64,000 bases of DNA from an uncultured Candidatus Rokubacteria bacterium (GCA_963708025.1 CAVPSB010000030.1:47455-111454); one strand, 5' to 3'. Counted from the stretch's first letter, positions 30,723 through 40,586 are shown. Notes: generated from the sequence alone by a model not told the origin. Numbers and translations: made by a program.

Positions 30723-31684
30723 CGCGAGTTCGCGGCTCGTGGTCGAGTCCTGCCGCTGGAGCGGAGCAGCGCTGAAGGTCTGCCGAGCAGGGAGGAGCGC
30801 GACGTCGAACGGGGTGGCACCGGGGCGCTGTCACGTTGACCGATCGCCTGGGTGCTCCCGTGTCTGCCCTCAGACGTGCTCGGGCCGGACATCGGACAAT
30901 TCGATCCGGGTCTGTCCCGACGCCGGCCCTCCACCGGATGGCCTCGTGGCCGAGGCCTGCCCGGAGTGCGGGATCACCATGGAGTTCAAGATGCCACATC
31001 CGGATCCGCCGGCCGATCGCGTCGAGACGAGGGTCGCGCGATCGCACCGACAGACGTTCGGCGTGCAGCACGTCGTCGAGTCAGCCGCCTACCCGGGAGC
31101 GCGCCACGCTCGGTGAGGCGCGGATCCGAGCTCAACGGAGATGCCCCGGCGCTAGGGGTTGGCAGGTCGTGTCTGGTGTCACGGAGCGAGCTTGCACTGC
31201 CAGCAAAGGAGACCTTTCGCGGGCGACGTGCCGGGCCTGCGCGGGAGGGCATCGGACACCGAGATCACGGCGGAGACGCCGTGGTGCGGCATCGTCTCGA
31301 GCCGGCCGGACCGCGGGAAGGCCGGCACGGTCAACGCAGCAGTGGGAGCCGGCCGGGCGCCAGCGGCCCCGTCGTCGAAACGTGACGGCGTCGTCATCCG
31401 ATCGCAGGCGGCGCTGGCTATGGTAGCGCTGGAACGACGTGGGTCGAAATGGCCGGCCGCCAGACTACCGACGCTGGATCCGAACACGATCGGCGACCAG
31501 AGGGGTGCGTGGTGGTCGCGGGTTCGCCGCCGATCGCGGACGTGACCTCCTTCCCCCTGAGCTGCCGGGAGGCGCTCGCGCGATGCTGCCTCGGCATCGC
31601 GGACTGAGTCGAGACACCGAGCCGACCCGGTCACCGGTCGCACGGTGTCCGGATCGGCCGCCGGGCCGGTATCGGAGTTAGCCG

Positions 31685-32776
31685 ATGACCACGGCCAGGG
31701 CGGGGGTGCTGGAGGTCCCGGGCGCGCCGTTCGGGCTGCGGGAGTACCCGCTCCGGGATCCGGGGCCGGGCGAGGCGTTGGTCCGCGTGCGCCTGGCCAC
31801 CATCTGCCGTTCCGACGTCCACACCTGGGCGGGGCGACGTCCCGGCCCGCTGCCCACGATCCTGGGCCACGAGATCACGGGGACCGTGGCCGCGCTCGGA
31901 CCCCGGATGGAGCGCGACCTTCGCGGCGACCCGCTGGCGGTCGGAGACCCGGTCACCTGGACGCTGTGCGTCTCGTGTGGGGGCTGTTACTACTGTCGCG
32001 ATCGGGGGCTGCCCCAGAAGTGCGTGTCCCTTCGGAAGTACGGGCACGAGAGCGCCTCCGAGGCCCCTCATCTGCTGGGCGGATTCGCGGAGTACTGCTA
32101 CCTCTTGCCCGGCACCGGGATCGTGCGCCTGCCCCCGGGCCTGGCCGCCGAGGAGGCGGCGCCGCTGAACTGCGGCGCCGCGACGATGGTCGCCGCGGTC
32201 GAGGCGGCCGACATCGGAGCCGGCGACACCGTGGTGGTCCTCGGTCTCGGCCTGCTCGGTCTGTACGCGGTCGCCCTGGCCCGCGCCCGGCGAGCCGGCC
32301 GGGTGATCGCGCTCGATGGGATGGCGTCCCGCCGAGCGCTGGGCGAGCGGTTCACGGCCGACGTGGTCCTGGACCCGGCGGCGCTCGGGCCGGACGCCAC
32401 GGTGGCCCGGGTGCGGGCGCTCGCGCCACCGGATGGAGCCGACGCGGTGATCGAGGCGGCCGGCGACCCCGCGCTGGTGCCTCTCGGGCTGCGGATGCTT
32501 CGCAAGGGCGGTCGCGCCGTCGTCACCGGCCTCGTCTTCCCCGGCGCCGCCCTCACCTTCGATGGGGATCTGCTGGTCCGCCACGCGCTCACGCTGCGCG
32601 GGGTTCACAACTATCTGCCGAGGCACCTGGTGGAAGCCGTCGACTTCGCGGCACGGCACGGAGCCTGTCTCCCGCTGCGTGACCTGGTTGACTCCCGGTT
32701 TCCGCTGGACCGCCTCGACGAGGCCTTCCAGGCCGCCGCCGAGCGCCGAGCGCTCCGGGTCGGGGTGGTGCCGTAG
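31685..32776 (+). CDS. Zinc-binding alcohol dehydrogenase, phosphonate-catabolism-associated type
   Basis: ICRSD, GHE, CGGCYYC...C, GLGLLG and RGVHNY motifs; upstream of phnC. Confidence 0.82.
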   Translation: MTTARAGVLEVPGAPFGLREYPLRDPGPGEALVRVRLATICRSDVHTWAGRRPGPLPTILGHEITGTVAALGPRMERDLRGDPLAVGDPVTWTLCVSCGGCYYCRDRGLPQKCVSLRKYGHESASEAPHLLGGFAEYCYLLPGTGIVRLPPGLAAEEAAPLNCGAATMVAAVEAADIGAGDTVVVLGLGLLGLYAVALARARRAGRVIALDGMASRRALGERFTADVVLDPAALGPDATVARVRALAPPDGADAVIEAAGDPALVPLGLRMLRKGGRAVVTGLVFPGAALTFDGDLLVRHALTLRGVHNYLPRHLVEAVDFAARHGACLPLRDLVDSRFPLDRLDEAFQAAAERRALRVGVVP

Positions 32777-32799
32777 GACGAGCGCCCCGTGGCGGCAAC

Positions 32800-32842
32800 T
32801 TCACGGAATCGTCACGGCTTCTCAACCATCGGACGATAGGGT
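32800..32842 (+). promoter_or_regulatory. Pho-box-like promoter of phnCED
   Basis: TTCAC-N6-GTCAC-N6-TCAAC, 10 nt, then TAGGGT. Confidence 0.62.
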
Positions 32843-32852
32843 CTCGGCAGCC

Positions 32853-33686
32853 ATGGCGATCGGTGTGTCTCCCGCCATCACGCTGGACCGGGTCAGCCGG
32901 ACGTTCGGGGCCACCCGGGCGCTCGACCGGATCTCGCTGCACATCCCGCCGGGGCAATTCGTCGCGGTGATCGGCCGCTCGGGCGCCGGCAAGACGACCC
33001 TGCTTCGGTGTCTGGCGGCGGCCACGCCGCCGACGGAAGGGAGGATCCGCGTGGGAGAGGTCGACCTCGCGACCCTCGGCAGCCCCCAGCTCCGCGTCTA
33101 CCGGGCCCACGTCGCGATGATCTACCAGCAGTTCAACCTGGTGCGGCGGCTCGGTGTCCTCGACAACGTGCTGGCCGGTCGTCTCGCGCACCAGGGCGGG
33201 TGGCGGGACCGGCGACACTGGATGGCGCTGCTCCGGTGGTTCACCCTGGCCGAGCGGGGCGTCGCCCTCCGGTGTCTCGACCACGTCGGGCTCCTCGACC
33301 GGGCGTGGCAGCGCACCGACACCCTCTCCGGTGGCGAGCAGCAACGGGTGGCGATCGCCCGCGCCCTGGCCCAGGCGCCGGGGTTGATCCTCGCCGACGA
33401 GCCGGTGGCGAGTCTGGATCAGATCAACGGCACCCAGGTACTGGAGACCTTGCGCGACACGGCCTCGGTGGCCGGGCTGACGGTGGTCGCCACGCTCCAC
33501 CACCTGGACTACGCGCGACGGTACGCCGACCGGATCGTAGCCCTGGCGGGGGGGCGCCTGGTGTTCGACGGAGCGCCGGCGGACCTGACCGACGCCGGCG
33601 TGAGCCGCATCCTGGACGAGGCGACGCGGACCCCGACTCCCGCGGCGCCGGCGGTCCTGGCCCGGGCGGGGTGGGCGGCATCGTGA
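32853..33686 (+). CDS. phnC: Phosphonate ABC transporter ATP-binding protein
   Basis: [23 protein letters not shown] and [10 protein letters not shown] motifs. Confidence 0.9.
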   Translation: MAIGVSPAITLDRVSRTFGATRALDRISLHIPPGQFVAVIGRSGAGKTTLLRCLAAATPPTEGRIRVGEVDLATLGSPQLRVYRAHVAMIYQQFNLVRRLGVLDNVLAGRLAHQGGWRDRRHWMALLRWFTLAERGVALRCLDHVGLLDRAWQRTDTLSGGEQQRVAIARALAQAPGLILADEPVASLDQINGTQVLETLRDTASVAGLTVVATLHHLDYARRYADRIVALAGGRLVFDGAPADLTDAGVSRILDEATRTPTPAAPAVLARAGWAAS

Positions 33687-34498
33687 GCGGGCTCCTGGCG
33701 GACGTGCTGGGCGGCCCGCCCCCGGTCGCGCCGCCTCGGCCGAGGCGACTGGGGCGAAGTCTCGGCGCGACGGTGGCCTTCGGCCTGATCCTGGCGGCGA
33801 CGGCCAGGCTCGTCGAGTTGCGCCCCCTGGAGCTCTTGCGGGATGCCGGCAACATCGCGGTGTTCCTGCGCGGCTACCTCCACCCGTCCTTCGTGCACCT
33901 CGACGCGTACCTGTGGGAGTCCCTGGTGACGCTCTCGATCGCGCTCTGGGGCACCGTGCTGGCGGTCCTGATCGCCACGCCGCTGGGCCTCCTGGGCGCG
34001 CGCAATCTGGCCCCGCACCCCGTCGTCTATCAGCTGGCGCGGCGCGCCATGGATGTCCTCCGCGCGGTCAACGAGTTCGTCTTCGCGCTGATGTTCGTGA
34101 CCGCGGTCGGGCTCGGTCCGTTCGCCGGCATGCTCGCCCTCGGCCTCCACACCGGCGGCGTGCTCGGCAAGCTGCTCTCGGAGACGGTGGAGGCCATCGA
34201 CCCCGGCCAGGTCGAGGGCGTCGCCGCCACCGGGGCCTCGCGGCTGCACGTCGTCAGCTTTGCCGTGGCACCGCAGGTGCTGCCGAACTTCGTGTCCTAC
34301 GTCCTGCTCCGGTTCGAATCGGACATCCGCTCGGCGTCGGTCATCGGCATGATCGGCGGTGGGGGGATCGGCTTCTACCTGTGGGACACCATCCGCGCCT
34401 TCAATGACCGCGAAGCGGCCACCGTGATCCTGCTCATCGTGGCCATGGTGATGCTGACCGACGTCGTCTCGGCGCGCGTGCGCCGGATGACCATCTGA
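33683..34498 (+). CDS. phnE: Phosphonate ABC transporter permease
   Basis: GLGPFAG, GVLGKL and RFESDIRSASVIG motifs; GTGA overlap with phnC. Confidence 0.9.
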   Translation: MSGLLADVLGGPPPVAPPRPRRLGRSLGATVAFGLILAATARLVELRPLELLRDAGNIAVFLRGYLHPSFVHLDAYLWESLVTLSIALWGTVLAVLIATPLGLLGARNLAPHPVVYQLARRAMDVLRAVNEFVFALMFVTAVGLGPFAGMLALGLHTGGVLGKLLSETVEAIDPGQVEGVAATGASRLHVVSFAVAPQVLPNFVSYVLLRFESDIRSASVIGMIGGGGIGFYLWDTIRAFNDREAATVILLIVAMVMLTDVVSARVRRMTI

Positions 34499-34511
34499 GG
34501 AGGTTCTGCCG

Positions 34512-35411
34512 ATGCCGAACCGCCGCGCCGTGCTCCGCAGCCTGGCCGCCACCACGATCGGCCTTCTCGTGCTCTCGGCCGGTGCCCGCGGCGAGGACGC
34601 CGGCTGGCCGAAGGAGATCACCTTCGCCATCCTCTCGACCGAGTCGGCGCCGGAGATCGCCCGTCGCTGGCGGCCGATTCTCGACCAGGTCGAGAAGGAC
34701 CTGAAGATCCGGGTCAAGCACGTGACCGCCACGGATTACCGCGGGACCATCGAGGCCCTCAAGTTCAAGAAGGCCGAGGTCGGCTGGCTGGGGCCCAAGG
34801 CCTACGTCGAGGCGACCAACAACAACTACGCGAACGTGGACGCCATCGCCCAGGTCCGGAACGAGAATGGCTCGCTCGGCTACCGGTCCTGCCTGATCGT
34901 CCACACGGACTCCGACGTCTTCATGCCCGAGGACCTGGCCGGAAAGACGTTCGCGTACAACGACCCGAACTCGACCTCGGGCTATCTGGTGCCCACGACC
35001 TTCTTCCTGGGCGAGATGGGGATCGATCCCAAGACGTACTTCGGGAAGGTCACGTTCTCCGGCTCGCACGAGGCGTCGATCCTGGCGGTGGCCAACAAGA
35101 AGGTGGACGTGGCTTCGACCAATCTGCCGGACCTCCAGCAGCTGGTCCGGGAGGGGAAGGTACCCCGTGGCGCGCTGCGCGTGATCTGGGTGTCCAAGCT
35201 GATTCCCAACGACCCGGTGGTCGTGCGCAAGGACTTGCCGGCGACCCTCCGTCAGGCGATCCAGGAGTCCCTGGTGTCCATGAAGCAGCGGGCGCCGGAG
35301 GCCTTCGCCCAGGCGGGCGCCTTCTTCGGCGGCGGGTTCGTGAAGGTCGACGACTCGAAGTACCAGATCGTTCGCGAGCTCAACGAGACCGCCAAGCGCC
35401 TCAAGCAGTAG
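34512..35411 (+). CDS. phnD: Phosphonate ABC transporter substrate-binding protein
   Basis: Signal peptide; DY, DPNSTSGYL, GSHEAS and IPNDP motifs. Confidence 0.9.
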   Translation: MPNRRAVLRSLAATTIGLLVLSAGARGEDAGWPKEITFAILSTESAPEIARRWRPILDQVEKDLKIRVKHVTATDYRGTIEALKFKKAEVGWLGPKAYVEATNNNYANVDAIAQVRNENGSLGYRSCLIVHTDSDVFMPEDLAGKTFAYNDPNSTSGYLVPTTFFLGEMGIDPKTYFGKVTFSGSHEASILAVANKKVDVASTNLPDLQQLVREGKVPRGALRVIWVSKLIPNDPVVVRKDLPATLRQAIQESLVSMKQRAPEAFAQAGAFFGGGFVKVDDSKYQIVRELNETAKRLKQ

Positions 35412-35688
35412 CTCGCGCCGTCAGCGGTTCGGCGGCGCCGGGTCGGCGCCCCCGGCTGTCGCCTCGGTGCCGCGCCCATGGCGTCGTGGAGCAGGACGCG
35501 AAGCGCCCGCGCCGCGCTCCGGCGCCGATTCATCCGAGCCCACCGGCCAGCCACCATTACCGGGACGCGACGTCACCCTAGGATGCGCGGTGTCCGGACT
35601 TCGCCGAGACTTCACCGGCCGGTCATCGGCCAGCAACACCGCCGGCGCACCCTCGATCATGCCACCATTCAGACGAGGAGGTTGACAG

Positions 35689-36144
35689 ATGTACGGACGC
35701 ATCCTGGTTGCGCTGGACGGAAGCCCGCCCGGCGGGCGTATCGTGCCGTGGGTCCGATTGCTCGCCCGAGGCTCGGGGAGTGCGGTGCGCCTGCTGACGG
35801 TATGTCGCCCGGTGCGCGAACCGATCACGGCCCGGGGCCGAACCGTCGCCTACGTGGACCAGCTCGAGGACCGGGCGCGCGGCCACGCGCTGGCGTACCT
35901 CCAGGGCCTCGCCGCGCGGCTGCAGGAGGACGGCATCCCGGCGGCGGTGGAGGTGCGGTTCGGCGATCCGGTCGAGACGATCCTGACCGTGGCCCGTGAC
36001 TCCGCGGTCGATTTGATCGTGATGGGGACCCGGGGAACCCGAGGTCTGGGACGCGTGCTGTCACCGAGCGTGACGCGCGCCATCCTGACACGCGCCCCGC
36101 TCCCCGTCCTGATCGCGCGGCTCCGCGGTCAGCGAGCGGCCTGA
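35689..36144 (+). CDS. Universal stress protein
   Basis: ILVALDGS, GDP...DLIVMGTRG and PVLI motifs. Confidence 0.88.
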   Translation: MYGRILVALDGSPPGGRIVPWVRLLARGSGSAVRLLTVCRPVREPITARGRTVAYVDQLEDRARGHALAYLQGLAARLQEDGIPAAVEVRFGDPVETILTVARDSAVDLIVMGTRGTRGLGRVLSPSVTRAILTRAPLPVLIARLRGQRAA

Positions 36145-36154
36145 GGAGGCGAGA

Positions 36155-37003
36155 ATGCAGGTCAAGACCCTGATGAAGACGTCCTTGGTGACCATCGATC
36201 CGACCGCCACCCTGGCTCAGGCGCGAGAGCTGATGGCGGCGGAGGGAGTGAGGGAGCTGCCGGTGGTGAGGGACGCCCGGCTGGTCGGCATGCTGACGGA
36301 CCGGGACATGCGAGCGGCTGCCGCCTCGACCCTCCCGCCGCTGGCCCGGTACGAGCACCCGCCCCTCCTGGACCGCATGGCGGTGGCCGAGGTCATGACC
36401 CACGACATCGTCACGGCTGGACCGGACACGCCAGTGCGGGAAGCGGCCTGCCTGCTCTCGGGCCTGGGCGGGTCCAGCCTCCCCGTTGTCGATGATGGGC
36501 TGTTCCTGGGCCTGGTTTCCACCCGCGAGCTTCTGGGAGTGCTGGCGGGCGTGCTCGACCATCGACGGCCGGCCGGCTTCCGCCACATCCTGATTCCGAT
36601 CGACGGCACGCTGGCCGGCGCCGACGCTCTCGCCGCCGGCCTCGCCCTCGCCCGCCAGCACGGCGGCGAGACGACGATGTTGCACGTGCTCGTCCCCTTC
36701 GGCCGGTACGCGGTCGCCGAGCTCGTTCCCGCCGCCCTGCTGACCGAGCTGGTGGCTGCCCGAAAGGCGGGTGCGTGTCGTCTGTTGCGCAAGGAGATGC
36801 CATCCCTGGAAGGCGGCCTGGAGGCGGTCGAGGACGACCCGGTCCAGGGCATCGTCCGGGTGGCGGCGCGGATCGACGCCCAGCTGATCGTCATGGCGCG
36901 CCGTTCCCGGGCCCGGTCCCTCGTCGAGGCCGTCGTGCGGGCGGCCCCGTGTCCCGTGCTCGTGGTCGATAGCGGAAAGGAGCCGCCCGATGCTCGTGCG
37001 TGA
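36155..37003 (+). CDS. CBS-pair / universal stress protein fusion
   Basis: N-terminal CBS pair, then FRHILIPIDG...APCPVLVV. Confidence 0.82.
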   Translation: MQVKTLMKTSLVTIDPTATLAQARELMAAEGVRELPVVRDARLVGMLTDRDMRAAAASTLPPLARYEHPPLLDRMAVAEVMTHDIVTAGPDTPVREAACLLSGLGGSSLPVVDDGLFLGLVSTRELLGVLAGVLDHRRPAGFRHILIPIDGTLAGADALAAGLALARQHGGETTMLHVLVPFGRYAVAELVPAALLTELVAARKAGACRLLRKEMPSLEGGLEAVEDDPVQGIVRVAARIDAQLIVMARRSRARSLVEAVVRAAPCPVLVVDSGKEPPDARA

Positions 37004-37412
37004 CTGCATGGTGCGCTCGGTCGCGACGATCGAGGCCGACGTCGCCCTCGGCGGGGCGGCCGCCTCGATGGCGCGTCATGGCGTTCGCCATCTTCCGGTC
37101 GTGCACCGGGGGCGGATGGTGGGGCTGGTGAGCGACCGCGAGCTGCTGGCGGCGCGGCCGTCGCCGGCCACCAGCCTGACCATCGGGGAGATCCGCGCAC
37201 GCCTGAACCAGATCCCGGTGGCCGAGGTCATGGTACGCGATCCGACCTGGGTCGTGCCGGCCACGCCGCTCGCCGAGGCGGCCCGGCTCATGCGAGACCA
37301 CGCGCTGGAGGCCCTGCCGGTGCTCAGGGACGGTCGGCTCGTGGGCCTGGTCACCGAAGGGATCGTGCTCCGCGTGCTGGCGGCGCTCCTCGAACAGCAG
37401 TCGCCCGGCTAG
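36990..37412 (+). CDS. CBS domain protein (AcuB-like)
   Basis: RHLPVV...GLVSDREL...PSPATSL...LPVL. Confidence 0.82.
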   Translation: MLVRDCMVRSVATIEADVALGGAAASMARHGVRHLPVVHRGRMVGLVSDRELLAARPSPATSLTIGEIRARLNQIPVAEVMVRDPTWVVPATPLAEAARLMRDHALEALPVLRDGRLVGLVTEGIVLRVLAALLEQQSPG

Positions 37413-37850
37413 GCGTCCGCAGCGATGAAGCGACCCGTTCCCGGACGACGTCGTCCGGCCACTGCTCGGGCGGCGCCTTCATGAGATAGGCGGAAGGAGC
37501 GAACGGGGCGCCCTTCACGCCCCGGTCGAGGGCGATCCGGCAGCACCGGATGGCGTCGGCGACGACGCCCACCGAGTTCGGAGAGTCCCACACATCGAGC
37601 TTCAACTCGACGGCAATCGGCTGATCGCCGGAGCCTGCCCCTCGAGCCGGATGTGAGCCCACTTCCGGTCCTCGCGCCACGGCACGTATTCGCTCGGCCC
37701 GACGTGGACGGCGGGAATCGTGCCCTCGACGGCCTTCCGTGCGACCGCGCCCCCTCGCCGCCAACCTTGCCGGCCGCCCGGACCTCCCCTCGGGCCGCGG
37801 GATTGGGCCGCCATCCCGAGGTCGCCGTCGATCGAGTACGCGACCGGATC
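37409..37850 (-). pseudogene. Collapsed remnant of a duplicated repeat-protein/ino1 operon
   Basis: 37409-37712 matches the ino1 3' end (27192-27500); 37715-37848 matches about 28519-28653. Confidence 0.8.
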
Positions 37851-37856
37851 CCCGAG

Positions 37857-37902
37857 CGTGTAGGAGTCGGTGGTAGGAGATTCCCAGTTGCGAAAGTGTT
37901 AC
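37857..37902 (-). promoter_or_regulatory. Third copy of the 5655-5699 promoter
   Basis: Minus strand: GTAAC-ACTTTC-GCAAC-TGGGAA...CTCCTACACG. Confidence 0.55.
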
Positions 37903-38065
37903 TGTCCTGGGAGGCACTGCGGGGCCGGACCGTTGCCCCCTTTCGGCTTTCGAGACGACGAGCGCCGTCGTATCGTGGGCTTTACCCGACTGGACCGGGT
38001 CGAAGGCTCGGGAGGGGGTGTTCCCAAGTCTGAGCGGCTCCGGTGACTCATACGGGGGGACGTGG

Positions 38066-39394
38066 GTGAGCACTCATCGGGAAGTTGGGCCTCGGTCGAG
38101 GCAGATCGTCGAGCAGGAGCGCCCGTTCATGGCTCCTGGTCTTCAGGGCTTCGCGCAATACGCAGGCCTGGCGATGGCGCGGGGCCGCGGCTGCACGCTG
38201 ATCGACGAGGACGGTCACGAATACATCGACTTCATCGCCGGGATCGGCGTCGGCAGCGTCGGGCACTGCCACCCGGACTACGTGGAAGCGCTCAAGCGTC
38301 AAGTCGAGACGCTGACCTTCGGCAGCTTCACCACCGAGATGCGGGCGCGGTTCCTGGAGCGCCTGGCGTCGGTCACGCCGGCCGGACTGACCCGCATCCA
38401 GCTCTTCTCCGGCGGCGCCGAAGCCGTCGAGGCAGCGCTGCGGCTGGCCAAGGCGGCGACCGGGCGACACGAGATCATCGGGTTCTGGGGAGGATTCCAC
38501 GGCAAGACGGGCGGGGTTCTGGGTCTGCTCGGTAGCGAGTTCAAGCATCACCTGGGGCCATTCATGCCGGGCCAGTACCTCACGCCGTACGCCGACTGCT
38601 ACCGCTGCCCCTTCCGCCTCCGCTATCCAGCCTGCGGCATCGCCTGCGCCGAGTACGTCCGCGACGTGATCCGCTACCAGACGGCAGGCGAGATCGCCGC
38701 CATCATCGTCGAGCCCATCCAGGGGACGGCCGGCAACGTGGTGCCGCCCGACGGCTTCCTCCGGGCGGTCCAGGCGGTGGCCAAGGACCATGGGGCCTTG
38801 CTGATCGCCGACGAGATGCTGACGGGCTTCGGCCGCACCGGCACCATGTGGGGCTCTCAGCACGACGGCGTCGTCCCGGACGTGATGACGGTGGGCAAGG
38901 GCATGGGCGGGGGATTTCCGCTGAGTGGGGTCATCTCGACGGAGGCCCTGACCAGTCGTCCGCCGTGGTCCAATCCGAGCGCCAGCTCCTCGAGCTACGG
39001 TGGCAACCCGCTGGCCTCGGCGGCGGGGGCCGTGGTCCTGGAGATCCTCTTGAAGGAGGACCTCGTCACGAACGCCGAGCGGGTGGGACGTGCCATGCTC
39101 ACGCGGCTCGAAGCGCTGAAGGAAAAGTATCAGTGCGTGGGCGAGGTGCGTGGCAAGGGCCTGATGCTGGGGGTCGAGCTCGTCAGCGACCGGCGGACCA
39201 AGGAGCCGCTGGCCAGGGACGTCTCCCGAGCGCTGTACCAGGAGTGCCTGCGGCGCGGGCTCGTCGCCATGACGTACTCGCCCTCGATCCGGATCAACCC
39301 TCCGCTGGTGATCCGCGAGGACGAGGCGCTGGCGGGGCTCGCCATCCTGGACGAGGCGCTGGCCGCCGTCGTCAGCGAATACCGGCTCGCCTAG
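38066..39394 (+). CDS. Class III PLP-dependent aminotransferase
   Basis: SGGAEAVE, GFHGKT, EPIQG, ADEMLTGFGRTG and VGKGMGGG motifs. Confidence 0.9.
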   Translation: MSTHREVGPRSRQIVEQERPFMAPGLQGFAQYAGLAMARGRGCTLIDEDGHEYIDFIAGIGVGSVGHCHPDYVEALKRQVETLTFGSFTTEMRARFLERLASVTPAGLTRIQLFSGGAEAVEAALRLAKAATGRHEIIGFWGGFHGKTGGVLGLLGSEFKHHLGPFMPGQYLTPYADCYRCPFRLRYPACGIACAEYVRDVIRYQTAGEIAAIIVEPIQGTAGNVVPPDGFLRAVQAVAKDHGALLIADEMLTGFGRTGTMWGSQHDGVVPDVMTVGKGMGGGFPLSGVISTEALTSRPPWSNPSASSSSYGGNPLASAAGAVVLEILLKEDLVTNAERVGRAMLTRLEALKEKYQCVGEVRGKGLMLGVELVSDRRTKEPLARDVSRALYQECLRRGLVAMTYSPSIRINPPLVIREDEALAGLAILDEALAAVVSEYRLA

Positions 39395-40432
39395 ATGCTG
39401 CGCGGCGCGATGATCGGGCTGGGCAACGTCGCCCTCCACGGGCACCTGCCCGGGTGGCGGGGGCGCCATGATGTGGAGATCGTGGCGGCGACCGACCGGC
39501 AGGGCCGCCAGCGCCTCGAGCTCGCGCGACACCTTCCAGCCGCGCGCTGGTGCGACTCCGCCGCCGCCCTCCTCACCGTCCCGGGCCTGGACTTCGTCGA
39601 CATCTGCACGCCGCCCTCCAGCCACGCCGCCCTGATCCGCACTGCCCTCGAGTGCGGGCTTCACGTGCTCTGCGAGAAACCCCTGGTGGGCTCGCTCGGC
39701 GAGCTGGTGTCGCTGGCTCGCCTGGCCGCCACGAAGGGCGCCGTCCTCCACACCGTTCACAACTGGCACTACGCTCCCATCGTGGACCGCGCTGCCCGGC
39801 TGATTCGTGACGGCCGGGTCGGGCAGGTGACGCGGGTCGTGTGGCACACGCTCCGAACCCAGCCCGCGACGGGGGGCGACGAGTGCCACGGCAACTGGCG
39901 AGTGGACCCCGACGTGGCCGGTGGGGGCGTGCTCACCGACCACGGCTGGCACGTGAGCTACGTGCTCCGGCACTGGATTGGCGCCCATCCGACCGCGGTG
40001 AGCGCGCGGCTGGAGACACGTCGGCACACCCAGTGGCCGGTGGAAGATACGGCCACCCTCCAGCTGGCCTTCCCCGGCGCCACGGCCGAAATCCTGCTCA
40101 CCTGGGCCGGCGACGTCCGGCGCAACTGGGCGGAGGTGACCGGCACCGCCGGGCAGATCGAGCTGTGCGACGACACGCTGGTGCTCCGGCACGGCCGCCA
40201 GGAGCGTCGCTGGCTGTGCCCGCCCGCGCTGTCCAACGGCTCCCATCACCCGGACTGGTTCGGCTCCGTCGCCGAGGATTTCCTGACGCGGGTCAGGGGC
40301 GGGGCGCCGTCCCACGGCAATCTGACCGAGGCGGCGCTGTGCCTGGCCCTGGAGAGCCAGGCGCGCGAATCGAGCCGTCGCGATGGCGAGGCGCTACCGC
40401 TCCGAGTGCCGGAGCTCGACGACGTCGTCTGA
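39395..40432 (+). CDS. Gfo/Idh/MocA family oxidoreductase
   Basis: IGLGNVA, HVLCEKP and GGGVLTDHGWH motifs. Confidence 0.88.
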   Translation: MLRGAMIGLGNVALHGHLPGWRGRHDVEIVAATDRQGRQRLELARHLPAARWCDSAAALLTVPGLDFVDICTPPSSHAALIRTALECGLHVLCEKPLVGSLGELVSLARLAATKGAVLHTVHNWHYAPIVDRAARLIRDGRVGQVTRVVWHTLRTQPATGGDECHGNWRVDPDVAGGGVLTDHGWHVSYVLRHWIGAHPTAVSARLETRRHTQWPVEDTATLQLAFPGATAEILLTWAGDVRRNWAEVTGTAGQIELCDDTLVLRHGRQERRWLCPPALSNGSHHPDWFGSVAEDFLTRVRGGAPSHGNLTEAALCLALESQARESSRRDGEALPLRVPELDDVV

Positions 40433-40586
40433 GAAGGCGGAAATCGAGCCCGATCGCGCATTTGCTTTCCCGCGCGACAAGGGGTCTCGACGCGTGGTGA
40501 GTGCCGGGCTGGTGCCAGGCTCCGGCCGCCAGCGGCCCGATCAGACGGTCCGGGAGGAGGCCCGGGCGAGACCAGGAACGGTCGGG

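Noticed and set aside
30739-31545. Small Cys-containing ORFs (CPECG, etc.)
   Set aside because: No second Cys pair, clear start or recognisable family; kept only as part of the eroded zone
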